Below, piece by piece: positions 1-8,889 of a DNA stretch of 64,000 nt. A program made the position numbers and the translations under genes. The stretch is from Hydrogenophaga intermedia. GTDB taxonomy: Bacteria; Pseudomonadota; Gammaproteobacteria; Ga0077536. The stretch is from the NCBI GenBank assembly GCA_943370145.1, contig CALRPY020000002.1, positions 89,766-153,765 of the forward strand, read 5' to 3'. Every line of letters begins with the position of its first letter. Position 1 is the first letter of the stretch. Below the pieces are notes generated by a model. That model saw only the letters and a program-made list of their open reading frames with translations, did not search any database and was not told the origin of the DNA.

Positions 1-1455
1 CGGCGCGATCTGCACGAACCACTGGTCGGTGAGGTAGGGCTCGATGACCGCCTGCGAGCGGTCGCCGCGCGGCACCATCAGCTTGTGCGGGTCGACCCGC
101 ACGATGAGGCCCTGGGCCTCGAGATCCGCGACGATGCGCTTGCGGGCCTCGTAGCGGTCCAGCCCGCGATAGGGCGCCGGGCCGTTGTCGTTGATCGCGG
201 CGTGGTCGGTGAAGATGTTGATCTTCGGCAGGCCATGGCGTTCGCCGACCGCGTAGTCGTTGAAGTCGTGGGCGGGCGTGATCTTCACGCAGCCCGAGCC
301 GAATTCGGGGTCGACGTAGTCGTCCGCGATGATCGGGATGCTGCGGTTACACAGTGGCAGGGTGACGTACTTGCCGATGAGGCGCCGGTAACGCTCGTCC
401 TCCGGGTGCACCGCGACCGCGACGTCGCCGAGCATCGTTTCCGGCCGGGTCGTCGCGACGACGACGTGGCCCGCACCGTTCTCCAGCGGGTAACGGATGT
501 GCCAGATCTGGCCCTGCTCTTCCTGCGACACCACCTCGAGGTCGGAGATCGCGGTCGTCAGCACCGGGTCCCAGTTCACGAGGCGCTTGCCGCGGTAGAT
601 GAGGCCTTCCTCGTGCAGCCGCACGAAGACCTCGGTCACCGCCTGCGACAGGCCGTGATCCATCGTGAAGCGTTCGCGCTCCCAGTCCATCGATGCGCCC
701 ATGCGCCGCAATTGCTGGGAAATCGTGCCGCCGGACTCGCCCTTCCACTGCCAGACGGCGTCGAGGAAGGTCTCGCGGCCGAGGTCGTGGCGCGACTGGC
801 CCTTCAGGCCAAGCTGACGCTCCACCACCATCTGCGTCGCGATGCCGGCGTGGTCGGTGCCGCACTGCCACAGCGTGCGGTAGCCCTGCATCCGGTGATA
901 GCGGATCAGCGCGTCCATCAGCGTGTCCTGGAACGCGTGCCCCATGTGCAGGCTGCCGGTGACGTTCGGCGGCGGCAGCATGATGCAGTAGGGCGCGTCG
1001 CGGCCCTGGGCCGCGAAGTGGCCGGCGGCCTCCCACTGTTCGTAACGGGGGCGCTCGATGGCGTGGGGATCGTAGGTTTTCGCGATGGGCGGTTCGAACT
1101 TCATGGGCGCGTGGGGGCCTGCTGGCGTAGGTTTGGGGGCCGGTGGCGGTTCCGCCAGTTCGGCCGGGATCGTCATGCGCGCGTGCGCGGCGGGCGCATG
1201 GCTCGCCGTCGGCAGCGCGGGTGGGTGCGCGAACAGCGCCGGTGGGTGCGCGAACAGCGCCGGGTCGACGTCGGTCACGCGCTCGGTCAGCCGCGGGGGC
1301 GTGACGCCGGGCGGCGGCCGTCGCCCGCTGATGACATCGTTCAGCTCCGCGCGCTTGGTGTCGAGCAGGGTCTCGAGCTGGGCAATCGTCGCATCGAGAT
1401 CCCGCTTCCAGCTGTCGTGCGGACCTGTGCGGTCGCCGGGAGGGCTATCGGACAT
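1..1455 (-). CDS. valS: valyl-tRNA synthetase, N-terminal part (C-terminus lies beyond the left edge); start is ATG 1455 or the in-frame ATG 1104
   Basis: Own translation of the minus strand; absent from the ORF track because there is no stop in the window. Reads [81 protein letters not shown] (class I HIGH-type motif)..[21 protein letters not shown]. Canonical valS-holC-pepA order. Confidence 0.93.
   Translation of the reverse strand, partial: MSDSPPGDRTGPHDSWKRDLDATIAQLETLLDTKRAELNDVISGRRPPPGVTPPRLTERVTDVDPALFAHPPALFAHPPALPTASHAPAAHARMTIPAELAEPPPAPKPTPAGPHAPMKFEPPIAKTYDPHAIERPRYEQWEAAGHFAAQGRDAPYCIMLPPPNVTGSLHMGHAFQDTLMDALIRYHRMQGYRTLWQCGTDHAGIATQMVVERQLGLKGQSRHDLGRETFLDAVWQWKGESGGTISQQLRRMGASMDWERERFTMDHGLSQAVTEVFVRLHEEGLIYRGKRLVNWDPVLTTAISDLEVVSQEEQGQIWHIRYPLENGAGHVVVATTRPETMLGDVAVAVHPEDERYRRLIGKYVTLPLCNRSIPIIADDYVDPEFGSGCVKITPAHDFNDYAVGERHGLPKINIFTDHAAINDNGPAPYRGLDRYEARKRIVADLEAQGLIVRVDPHKLMVPRGDRSQAVIEPYLTDQWFVQIAP
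1220..1261. repeat. perfect 21-bp tandem duplication (ggtgggtgcgcgaacagcgcc x2) in the open frame upstream of the conserved ValS core
   Basis: Read directly and anchored with ORF 1085..1585. On the minus strand it encodes ALFAHPP twice. Confidence 0.9.
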
Positions 1456-1463
1456 GTGCGTGC

Positions 1464-1889
1464 CTATCCATTCACCGTCGCGATTGGATAACCGCGGTCC
1501 TTGTAGAACTTGTAGCGCCCGCGCGCCAGGGCCTTGGTGTGCTCGTCCTCGCCGGTGGTTTCGATCACCTGCTCGAACTGGCTGAAGAACGGCGGCACTT
1601 CGCAGTGCAGGTTCACCAGCAGGTCGGCGGCGTCAGGCGGCAGGGTGCTCGCGGCGAGGATCACGGGCGCGTCCGCCGCCTCCGGGCTGCCGGCGACCGC
1701 GTGCGGGATGAAGCTCGTGTCGTGCCAGGTCCACAACAGGTCGTCCATCGCCGTCACCATGTCCTCGTCCAGGCAGTGCACGTGCACCCGCCGCCCGGCC
1801 CGGTAGGCCTGTTCGACCAGTTCACAGACGTAGACGTCGTGCTGGCGGCGGGCCTGCGCGGGCAGGATGTGGAAGTCGATCCGGGTCAC
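1464..1889 (-). CDS. holC: DNA polymerase III chi subunit
   Basis: 141 aa: [51 protein letters not shown]. This resembles E. coli HolC (..ARERYKAYR..). Located between pepA and valS. Confidence 0.88.
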   Translation of the reverse strand: MTRIDFHILPAQARRQHDVYVCELVEQAYRAGRRVHVHCLDEDMVTAMDDLLWTWHDTSFIPHAVAGSPEAADAPVILAASTLPPDAADLLVNLHCEVPPFFSQFEQVIETTGEDEHTKALARGRYKFYKDRGYPIATVNG

Positions 1890-1898
1890 GCGTGGCCG

Positions 1899-3392
1899 TC
1901 AGGCGCCGTGGCCGGCGCGGTCGAGGATGAATTCCATCAGCAGGCCCAGCGGTCGGCCGGTGGCGCCCTTGGCCTTGCCCGACGTCCACGCGGTGCCCGC
2001 GATGTCGAGATGCGCCCAGTGGTATTCCTTCGTGAAGCGCGCCAGGAAGCAGGCGGCGGTGATCGTGCCCGCCTCGCGGCCGCCGACGTTCGCCATGTCG
2101 GCGAAGGGACTGTCCAGCTGCTTCTGGTAGTCCTCCCACAGCGGCAGGCGCCACGCGCGGTCGCCGCTCTTCTCGCCGGCGGCGAGCAGTTCCTCGGCGA
2201 GGCCGTCATGGTTGCTGAGCAGCCCGCTGGCGTGGCTGCCGAGCGCCACCACGCAGGCCCCGGTCAGCGTCGCGATGTCGATTACGACGTCGGGTTCGTA
2301 GCGCGCCGCATAGGTCAGCGCATCGCACAGGATGAGCCGGCCTTCGGCGTCGGTGTTCAGGATTTCGATCGTCTGGCCCGACATGCTGGTGACGATGTCG
2401 CCGGGCTTTACCGCCTCGCCGTCGGGCATGTTCTCCACCGCCGGCACGATGCCGACCACGTTGATCGGCAGCGCCAGTTCCGCCACGGCCTGCATGACCC
2501 CCAGCACGGACGCCGCGCCGGTCATGTCGAACTTCATCTCGTCCATGCCGGCGCCCGGCTTGATCGAGATGCCGCCGGAGTCGAAGGTCACGCCCTTGCC
2601 GACCAGGACGATGGGCTTCGACTTGTCGGGGCGACCGGTGTATTCGACGGTGATGAGCTTGGGCGCCTGCGCGCTGCCGCGGGCGACCGCGAGCAGCGAG
2701 CCCATGCCGAGTTTCTGCATCTCGGCCTTCTCCAGCACGTGCACCTTGAGGCTGCGATGGGTCTTCGCGAGTTCGCGCGCGGTCGCCGCGAGGTGGGCCG
2801 GCGGACAGTGGTTGCCCGGCAGGTTCGCGAGATCCCGCATCAGGGCCATGCCGGACAGCACGCCCTTCGCGGTGTTCGCGGCCGCCTGGGCCGCGCTGGC
2901 CTCGTCCGCGCCGACCAGCAGCGTCAGGCGGGCGAACTGCGCGCGCCGCGACGGCTTGCTCTTCATCTTCTCGAAGCGATAGGCGCTCGTGCCGAAGGCG
3001 AGCGCGACCTGCCGGAATTTCCAGCCCGTGTCCCGGTCGCGGACGTGGACGTCGCCGAGGCAGCTGACGGCATTCTTCAGGCCCGCTTCGGTCACCGTGC
3101 GCGCCGCCTTCTGCACCAGTTGGCGGTATTCGGCGGCGCTGACGCCCTCGGCCTTGCCGCAGCCGATCAGCAACACCCGCTCCGCGCCGGTGCCCGCGGC
3201 CTCGGGGATCATCAGGGTTTCGGCGAGACTGCCGCTGATGTCCCCACGCTTCACCAACCGCGCCAGCAGGCCCTTGGTGGCCTTGTCCACGGCTTCGGCG
3301 GCGGCGCCGAGCTTCTTGCCGGCATGCACGCCGACGATGAGGCACGCGGTTTTCTGTTCCTGCGCGGGGCCGCGCTTGACCGTGATTTCCAT
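1899..3392 (-). CDS. pepA: leucyl aminopeptidase (M17)
   Basis: ORF 1899..3431 contains VGKGVTFDSGGISIKP and the NTDAEGRL M17 signature. Preferred start is MEITVKRG at 3392; 3431 is also possible. Confidence 0.93.
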   Translation of the reverse strand: MEITVKRGPAQEQKTACLIVGVHAGKKLGAAAEAVDKATKGLLARLVKRGDISGSLAETLMIPEAAGTGAERVLLIGCGKAEGVSAAEYRQLVQKAARTVTEAGLKNAVSCLGDVHVRDRDTGWKFRQVALAFGTSAYRFEKMKSKPSRRAQFARLTLLVGADEASAAQAAANTAKGVLSGMALMRDLANLPGNHCPPAHLAATARELAKTHRSLKVHVLEKAEMQKLGMGSLLAVARGSAQAPKLITVEYTGRPDKSKPIVLVGKGVTFDSGGISIKPGAGMDEMKFDMTGAASVLGVMQAVAELALPINVVGIVPAVENMPDGEAVKPGDIVTSMSGQTIEILNTDAEGRLILCDALTYAARYEPDVVIDIATLTGACVVALGSHASGLLSNHDGLAEELLAAGEKSGDRAWRLPLWEDYQKQLDSPFADMANVGGREAGTITAACFLARFTKEYHWAHLDIAGTAWTSGKAKGATGRPLGLLMEFILDRAGHGA

Positions 3393-3542
3393 GTTCGCTC
3401 CGGCTGGTGGTTCGGACTGGATACGCCGCACGCGGGGCGCCGGCCGTATCAGGGGCAGTGTAAAGCCAGGTAAGTGTATGCGCTGGAATTTATGGGAGCC
3501 AAGCGTGAAAACCGTATACTGTCGCCGAAATCCCGGTTACGC

Positions 3543-4607
3543 ATGAAAATCCTCGATCGCTACATCGGCTGGACCATCATCAGCGCCACGTTGACCGTGC
3601 TTGCGGTGCTGGTCGCGATCTTCAGCTTCTTCCAGTTCATCGAACAGCTCGAGGACGTCGGCCGCGGCACCTATTCGGTGTTCAAGGTGGTTGTCTTCGT
3701 GCTGTCCAGCCTGCCGGGCCTGACCTACGAACTGTTCCCGATGGCATCCCTGATCGGGGCGCTGATCGGGTTCGGCACCCTGATGCGCAACGGGGAGCTG
3801 ACCGTCATCCGCGTCTCCGGCGTGCCGAAGGCGCGCCTGCTGCTGTCGGTGGTCAAGGCCGGCAGCGTGCTGCTCGCGGCTTCGGTGCTGCTCGGTGAAC
3901 TGGTCGCGCCGCCGGCCGAGCGCTTCGCGCGGGACTTCCGCAACATGGCGATCTCCGACCGCGTGGCCTTCCGTTCCGACCACGGCTTCTGGTCGCGCGA
4001 CGGCGAAAGCTTCATCAACATCCGCGAAATCCTGCCGGGCAACCAGGTGCGTGGGCTGTACATCTACGAGTTCGACGACCTGAATCGCCTGCGCACCAGC
4101 ACCTACGCCGAATCGGCCCGCTACGACGGCCAGCAGTGGGTGCTCAAGGACATCGCGCAGACCGAGCTCGACGACGAAGGCATCCGCGAACGCCACCTGC
4201 CGGAGGCCGCGTGGGACTCCATGCTCAAGCCCGACCTGCTGTCGATGATCACGATCGACCCCGAGAGCCTCGGGATCCTGAGCCTGGTGCGCTACATCTC
4301 GTTCCTCAACCGGAATTCGCAGGACACCCAGCGCTACGAACATGCGCTGTGGACCAAGTTGACCTATCCGCTGGCGACGGTCGTCATGGTGATCCTCGCG
4401 GTGCCGATGGTGCTGCGGGCGAGTCGCTCGGTGACCATCGGCCAGCGCGTGCTGGTCGGCGCGCTGGTCGGCCTCGGCTTCCACCTGCTGAACCAGGCCG
4501 CTGGCCATCTCGGCGTGGTCTACGAGATGCACCCGATCCTGTCCGCCGCCGGTCCGGCGCTGCTGATGAGCGTGGTCGCCGCGATCCTGCTGTCGAAAAC
4601 GCCCTAG
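3543..4607 (+). CDS. lptG: LPS export ABC permease, LptG-like (YjgP/YjgQ family)
   Basis: MKILDRYIGWTII..GRGTYS..GELTVIRVSG.. and the C-terminal ..VTIGQRVLVGALVGLGFHLLNQ.. align by eye with E. coli LptG rather than LptF. Divergent from pepA as usual. Confidence 0.8.
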   Translation: MKILDRYIGWTIISATLTVLAVLVAIFSFFQFIEQLEDVGRGTYSVFKVVVFVLSSLPGLTYELFPMASLIGALIGFGTLMRNGELTVIRVSGVPKARLLLSVVKAGSVLLAASVLLGELVAPPAERFARDFRNMAISDRVAFRSDHGFWSRDGESFINIREILPGNQVRGLYIYEFDDLNRLRTSTYAESARYDGQQWVLKDIAQTELDDEGIRERHLPEAAWDSMLKPDLLSMITIDPESLGILSLVRYISFLNRNSQDTQRYEHALWTKLTYPLATVVMVILAVPMVLRASRSVTIGQRVLVGALVGLGFHLLNQAAGHLGVVYEMHPILSAAGPALLMSVVAAILLSKTP

Positions 4608-4727
4608 CGGCGTGCCGGTGGCGGCGACGCCTGCCCTCGGCAACACCCGCGGACATCACCCGCAGGACGGTCTTCCGCCCCGGCGCCGTGCTGGCCTGCC
4701 GCGTCGCCCCAGCGACTGCGGCAGGCT

Positions 4728-5171
4728 TTACGCCCTGACCACTCTCGAGTGCGAGGCCCGGTCGTGCCAGGCGCGGCGCCCGCCCGCCAGGGCCCACCAG
4801 TAACCGAGCCCCAGCGGCACCCAGGAGACCAGCGCCACCCCGAAACGCACGAGGGTCTGGCGCCAGGTCAGCCGTGTCCCGGTGTGCTCGTCGACGACCC
4901 GGATGCGCCAGCACTTCATGCCGAGCGTCTGTCCGCCGCGGTGCCAGGAAAACGCGAAGTAGGCATAGGACAGGACCAGCAGCACCAGCGAAAACACCGG
5001 GCTCCCCTCGACGGCCTCGCCGTGGTGGAAACCGACGGCGATGCCCCCGGCGACGAACCAGATGCCGATCAGGCACAGCGCGTCGTACAGCATCGACAGC
5101 AGGCGCCTCCAGAACGCGGCGGCGACCGGTGCGGTCGGTGCTTCGGCGAGCTGCGGAGGGGCGTGCGACAT
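4728..5171 (-). CDS. RDD family membrane protein
   Basis: MSHAPP..FWRRLLSMLYDALCLIGIW..GGQTLGMKCWRIRVVD..TWRQTLVRF.. is the typical RDD pattern. Start trimmed from 5342 to ATG 5171. Confidence 0.7.
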   Translation of the reverse strand: MSHAPPQLAEAPTAPVAAAFWRRLLSMLYDALCLIGIWFVAGGIAVGFHHGEAVEGSPVFSLVLLVLSYAYFAFSWHRGGQTLGMKCWRIRVVDEHTGTRLTWRQTLVRFGVALVSWVPLGLGYWWALAGGRRAWHDRASHSRVVRA

Positions 5172-5275
5172 GAGGATTTCCGGGTTCGTCGGGCGTGAAA
5201 ACCCGGGCGCGGCGAATCTGTCACAATGCGAGCGTGTCGCGCAAGGCGCGTAACGGCGGGACGAGGGAAGCAGGC

Positions 5276-6352
5276 ATGCGGTTGGCGCGTTTGTTCGCGA
5301 CGCTGATGAGCTCGCTGATCGTGGTGCTGGCCTTGGCCGCAAAGGTGCACGCGCACCCGCTCGGCGAGGCGCCCGGGCGTCTCGTCGACATCGGGGGCCG
5401 GCGCCTGCACCTGTACTGCATCGGCCGTGGCGAGCCCACGGTCGTCATCGATGCCGGGCTCGGCGCGACCGCGCTCGAATGGCAGGACGTGATGCGGCGG
5501 GTTGGCGGTCCCACCCGCATCTGCGCCTACGACCGGGCCGGCTACGGCTGGAGCGATCCCGGCCCTTATCCGCGCACCAGCTCCCGGCATGCGAACGATC
5601 TCTACCTGCTGCTGACCGCCGCCGACGTGCCCGGCCCGTACGTGCTGGTTGGCCACTCCTACGGTGGCTACACCGTGCAGCTTTTCGCCCGCCGCTATCC
5701 TTTCCTCGTCGCGGGGCTGGTGCTCGTCGACGCGTCCCATCCCGAGCAGGTCGAACGCTTCCTGGCGCCGCCCTACGCGATCCGGGTTGCGCCGACGAAC
5801 CGGCATGGCGTGGTCAGGTTCGGCGAAGTCCCGCCGCCGCACCCGGCGTTGCCGGCCTTCGCCCGCGAGGTGCTTGCCTACCAGTACCGGCACTGGCGGC
5901 CGCGGCGGGCCATTTCCAACGAGCTGCTGGGCTTTCGCGACAGCGGCCACGAACTGCTCGCCGAGCGGCCACTGGCCACGCTGCCGCTCGTCGTGCTGAC
6001 CCGCGGCAAGCGGGTGTGGCCGGCCGGCCCGCACGGGGATGCGCTCGAGGCCCTGTGGTTGACGCTGCAGTCGGAACTCGCGGCGCAGAGCCCCGTGTCG
6101 GCCCACCTGCTCGCAAGTGTCAGCGGCCACCAGATTCACCTCGATCAGCCGGATCTCGTCGCCTTCGCGATCGCGCTGGCGAGCGACGCGTGGCGCATCC
6201 GCCGCGGCGAGGGGCCGTTGCTGACGAGTCCCGGCGCGCGCTGGCTGTCCCTGCTGGACATGCAGCGCTTCACCTGGCTGCGCGACGCGCTCGACGTGCC
6301 GCTGCCGCAGCGTGTCGTGCAGCTGGAACGGCGTGCGGCGGCGGCGCCCTGA
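5276..6352 (+). CDS. secreted alpha/beta-fold hydrolase
   Basis: Signal-like N-terminus MRLARLFATLMSSLIVVLALAAKVHA and a nucleophile elbow VLVGHSYGG. Start trimmed to ATG 5276. Confidence 0.75.
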   Translation: MRLARLFATLMSSLIVVLALAAKVHAHPLGEAPGRLVDIGGRRLHLYCIGRGEPTVVIDAGLGATALEWQDVMRRVGGPTRICAYDRAGYGWSDPGPYPRTSSRHANDLYLLLTAADVPGPYVLVGHSYGGYTVQLFARRYPFLVAGLVLVDASHPEQVERFLAPPYAIRVAPTNRHGVVRFGEVPPPHPALPAFAREVLAYQYRHWRPRRAISNELLGFRDSGHELLAERPLATLPLVVLTRGKRVWPAGPHGDALEALWLTLQSELAAQSPVSAHLLASVSGHQIHLDQPDLVAFAIALASDAWRIRRGEGPLLTSPGARWLSLLDMQRFTWLRDALDVPLPQRVVQLERRAAAAP

Positions 6353-6469
6353 GCGCCGAGCCTTGCCCGACGCAGCGCGGGCATGGATCGGGGCGCGGGC
6401 ACAGGCCCAGGCGGCCGTGATTCACCGCGGGACGTCGAGGCCAGCCCGCTTCTCTGGCAGCATGGCCGG

Positions 6470-7285
6470 ATGTTGACCGATACACCTGACGACGGGCCGG
6501 CGCGCCTGCGGGATGCCGCGTGGACGGCCCTGCGGCTCGACGAGCCCGGGCGGAAAATCGCGCTGCTGGGCCGGGTCGACGCGACGACGGCGATCGTCGA
6601 TGCGCTGCGCGTCCTGCCGCCAGTCGACGAACCCGGCCGGCCACCGCTGCCCGAACTCGTGCATCCGGCGCGCGTGCCGCGGCGGAGCACCGGCAGCGAC
6701 AAGGGTCGCGCGGCGCTGCTGCACGCCATTGCGCATATCGAGTTCAACGCAATCAATCTCGCGCTCGATGCGATTGCCCGCTTTGCGGGCCTGCCCGAGG
6801 CGTATTACCGGGACTGGTGGCGGGTCGCCTGCGAGGAGGCGCACCACTTCTCCCTGCTCGCCGCGCACCTCGCCTCGCTCGGTCATGCCTACGGCGACTT
6901 CCAGGCCCACGCCGGCCTGTGGGAGGCGGCGCGCAAGACTACCGACGACCCGCTCGCGCGCATGGCGCTGGTGCCCCGCGTGCTGGAAGCGCGCGGACTC
7001 GACGTGACGCCGGGCATGCGGGCGCGCTTCGTCGCGGCCGGTGACGCGCAGGCCGCGGCCATCCTCGACGTGATCCTGCGCGACGAGATCGGCCATGTCG
7101 CAATTGGCAACCGGTGGTTCCATCACCTCTGCGTCGAGCGCGGTTTCGAACCGGTGGCGACCTTCCGCGCCCTGTGCGCCCGCTACGGCCAGCCCCCGCC
7201 CCGCCCGCCCTTCAATGTCGAGGCGAGGTTGGCCGGGGGCTTCTCCGCCGAGGAACTCGACGCGCTGTCAGCCGCGCCGCATTGA
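6470..7285 (+). CDS. ferritin-like DUF455 family protein
   Basis: LLHAIAHIEFNAINLALDA..EEAHHFSLL..RVLEARGLD..ILRDEIGHVAIGNRWF matches the DUF455 di-iron-like pattern as I recall it. Start is uncertain (6383 or 6470). Confidence 0.65.
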   Translation: MLTDTPDDGPARLRDAAWTALRLDEPGRKIALLGRVDATTAIVDALRVLPPVDEPGRPPLPELVHPARVPRRSTGSDKGRAALLHAIAHIEFNAINLALDAIARFAGLPEAYYRDWWRVACEEAHHFSLLAAHLASLGHAYGDFQAHAGLWEAARKTTDDPLARMALVPRVLEARGLDVTPGMRARFVAAGDAQAAAILDVILRDEIGHVAIGNRWFHHLCVERGFEPVATFRALCARYGQPPPRPPFNVEARLAGGFSAEELDALSAAPH

Positions 7286-7297
7286 GCGTTGGCAGCG

Positions 7298-7325
7298 GTC
7301 CCCTGCGTCGCACGTCGCGGGGGAC
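7298..7325. terminator. 10-bp GC-rich hairpin between convergent genes (possible bidirectional terminator, no U-tract)
   Basis: GTCCCCTGCG (7298-7307) pairs with CGCGGGGGAC (7316-7325) with one G-U pair and an 8-nt loop. It lies between the stop at 7285 and the stop at 7328. Confidence 0.3.
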
Positions 7326-7327
7326 GC

Positions 7328-7942
7328 TCACCGCACGCTCAGTTCCGCCCGCCGGTTGCGCGGCTCCGCGACGCCGTCGCCGGTCGGCACCAGTGGTTCA
7401 CGCTCGCCACGGCCGGCAACACTGATGCGGGCCGGATCGCCGCCCAGTTCCACGAGCCTGGCGCGCAGCGCTTCCGCGCGTTGGCGCGAGAGCTGGTCGT
7501 TGTAGGCCAGTTCGCCGGCGCGATCGGTGTGGCCGATGACGACCACGTCGGCCACGGGCCGCGCCGCGATCTCGGCCAGCACCGTGCGCGCCTGGGCGGC
7601 GGAGTCCGCGGTCAGCTGGTCGGAGTCGAGTTCGAAATAGAGCATGTAGGACACGGGCCGCGGCGGCAGCGCGGCAAGCGTGGGACCGAAGTCGCTCGCG
7701 ATCTGGGCCGCGCTGCTCGTGGCCTGTTCGACCCCGCCCTTCGCGTCGAAGCGCGCGCTCGCGTAGGCCGACGCCAGCACGGTTTCCGTGCCGCCGGGGT
7801 TCACGGCGACCGCACCGACCTTGCCGTCGGGGCCGGGCAACAGCACGACGCGGTCCTGCGGCACGGCGGCGCAGGCGCCGAGCGCGGCCGTCAGCAGCGC
7901 GAGGGCGAGCCGATGCGCCGCCGGACGCGCGCTGCGGTTCAC
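7328..7942 (-). CDS. OmpA-family lipoprotein (C-terminal OmpA-like peptidoglycan-binding domain)
   Basis: Lipobox-like LLTAALGAC; C-terminus reads VVVIGHTDRAGELAYNDQLSRQRAEALRARLV..NRRAELSV. Confidence 0.85.
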   Translation of the reverse strand: MNRSARPAAHRLALALLTAALGACAAVPQDRVVLLPGPDGKVGAVAVNPGGTETVLASAYASARFDAKGGVEQATSSAAQIASDFGPTLAALPPRPVSYMLYFELDSDQLTADSAAQARTVLAEIAARPVADVVVIGHTDRAGELAYNDQLSRQRAEALRARLVELGGDPARISVAGRGEREPLVPTGDGVAEPRNRRAELSVR

Positions 7943-8391
7943 GGCCGGGCTCCTGCTTCGACGACGAATTCCGTGCCGCGCACGCCGAGGATGCTTGCCG
8001 GCGTGCGGACTTTCATCGCGTCCGGCGCGTGCTTCGCGATCTTGCCGGACACCACCGCGAGCCGGCCCTGCTTCAGGGTCGACTCGAATCCGCCCTCGTG
8101 CGTCGTCGCGTCGAAGCGGAAGCTGTCGATGACGAGCCGGCTGTTCGGCCCCAGCGACAGCAGTGAATTGTCGCGGAAGGTCACGCCGACCCGGCCGTGT
8201 TCGCCGGTGACGAGCACGTCCGCGGGCTGCACCAGGGCGCCTGGTGTCGCGGCGAGCGTGCTGCCGCCGCGCTCGAGACTCACTTCACCGTCGGCGAGCT
8301 TGATGATGCCCGCGGCCTCGTCCGCCAGGACCGTGGTGACGGCGAGGCAGGCGCCCAGCAGCAGCGCGAGTCGACGATAAGGCGTTTGCAT
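7939..8391 (-). CDS. FecR-domain periplasmic protein
   Basis: Signal peptide MQTPYRRLALLLGACLAVTTVLA, then GEVSLERGG..PGALVQPADVLVTGEHGRVGVTFRDNSLLSLGPNSRLVI. Has a 4-nt overlap with the OmpA-like gene. Confidence 0.75.
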   Translation of the reverse strand: MQTPYRRLALLLGACLAVTTVLADEAAGIIKLADGEVSLERGGSTLAATPGALVQPADVLVTGEHGRVGVTFRDNSLLSLGPNSRLVIDSFRFDATTHEGGFESTLKQGRLAVVSGKIAKHAPDAMKVRTPASILGVRGTEFVVEAGARP

Positions 8392-8432
8392 CGGGATCTC
8401 CGCAGGGTGACTGACATCTATAATAGACAGCC

Positions 8433-8879
8433 GTGGAATCCGACGCGCAGATGCCTTCGAATGACCGCCGCTGCGCGCCGGCACCCGTGTTCCACGCGCG
8501 CGAATCCGAATTGCGCGCGATCCTCGCCCACCTCGAGGCGAGTGCGCAGGGCCTCGATCTGCCGCGCGCGCTGTGCCTGCGCCTGTGCCTTGTCGTCGAG
8601 GAACTCTTCGTCAACACGGCACGTTACGGTGGCCGGGAGGATGCCGAGGCCTGGGTCGAGCTTGCCGTCGACGCCGATGGTGTCGAACTGCGCTACGTGG
8701 ACACGGCGCTGCCCTTCAATCCGCTCGATGGCCTCGTCGTCGACTCGCTGTCGCGGCCGGTGGAACTGCGGCCCATCGGCGGACTCGGGCGCATCCTCGT
8801 CAAGGAACTGAGTTCAGCGGCGCACTATGCGCGTGACGGTGGACGCAACGTTCTCTGCCTGCGCTTCGAACGCGCCTGA
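8433..8879 (+). CDS. RsbW/SpoIIAB-type anti-sigma serine kinase-like ATP-binding protein
   Basis: N-box-like VVEELFVNTARYG, then VDTALPFNP and a G2-like IGGLGRILVKEL. Start is GTG 8433 or ATG 8451. Confidence 0.7.
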   Translation: MESDAQMPSNDRRCAPAPVFHARESELRAILAHLEASAQGLDLPRALCLRLCLVVEELFVNTARYGGREDAEAWVELAVDADGVELRYVDTALPFNPLDGLVVDSLSRPVELRPIGGLGRILVKELSSAAHYARDGGRNVLCLRFERA

Positions 8880-8889
8880 TACGCCCCGC

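Noticed and set aside
85-3473. Long plus-strand ORFs (85..1491, 468 aa; 1539..3473, 644 aa) opposite valS, holC and pepA
   Set aside because: Their translations are Arg/Ala/Gly/Asp-rich low-complexity sequence typical of antisense frames in GC-rich DNA. The opposite strand encodes unmistakable ValS, HolC and PepA.
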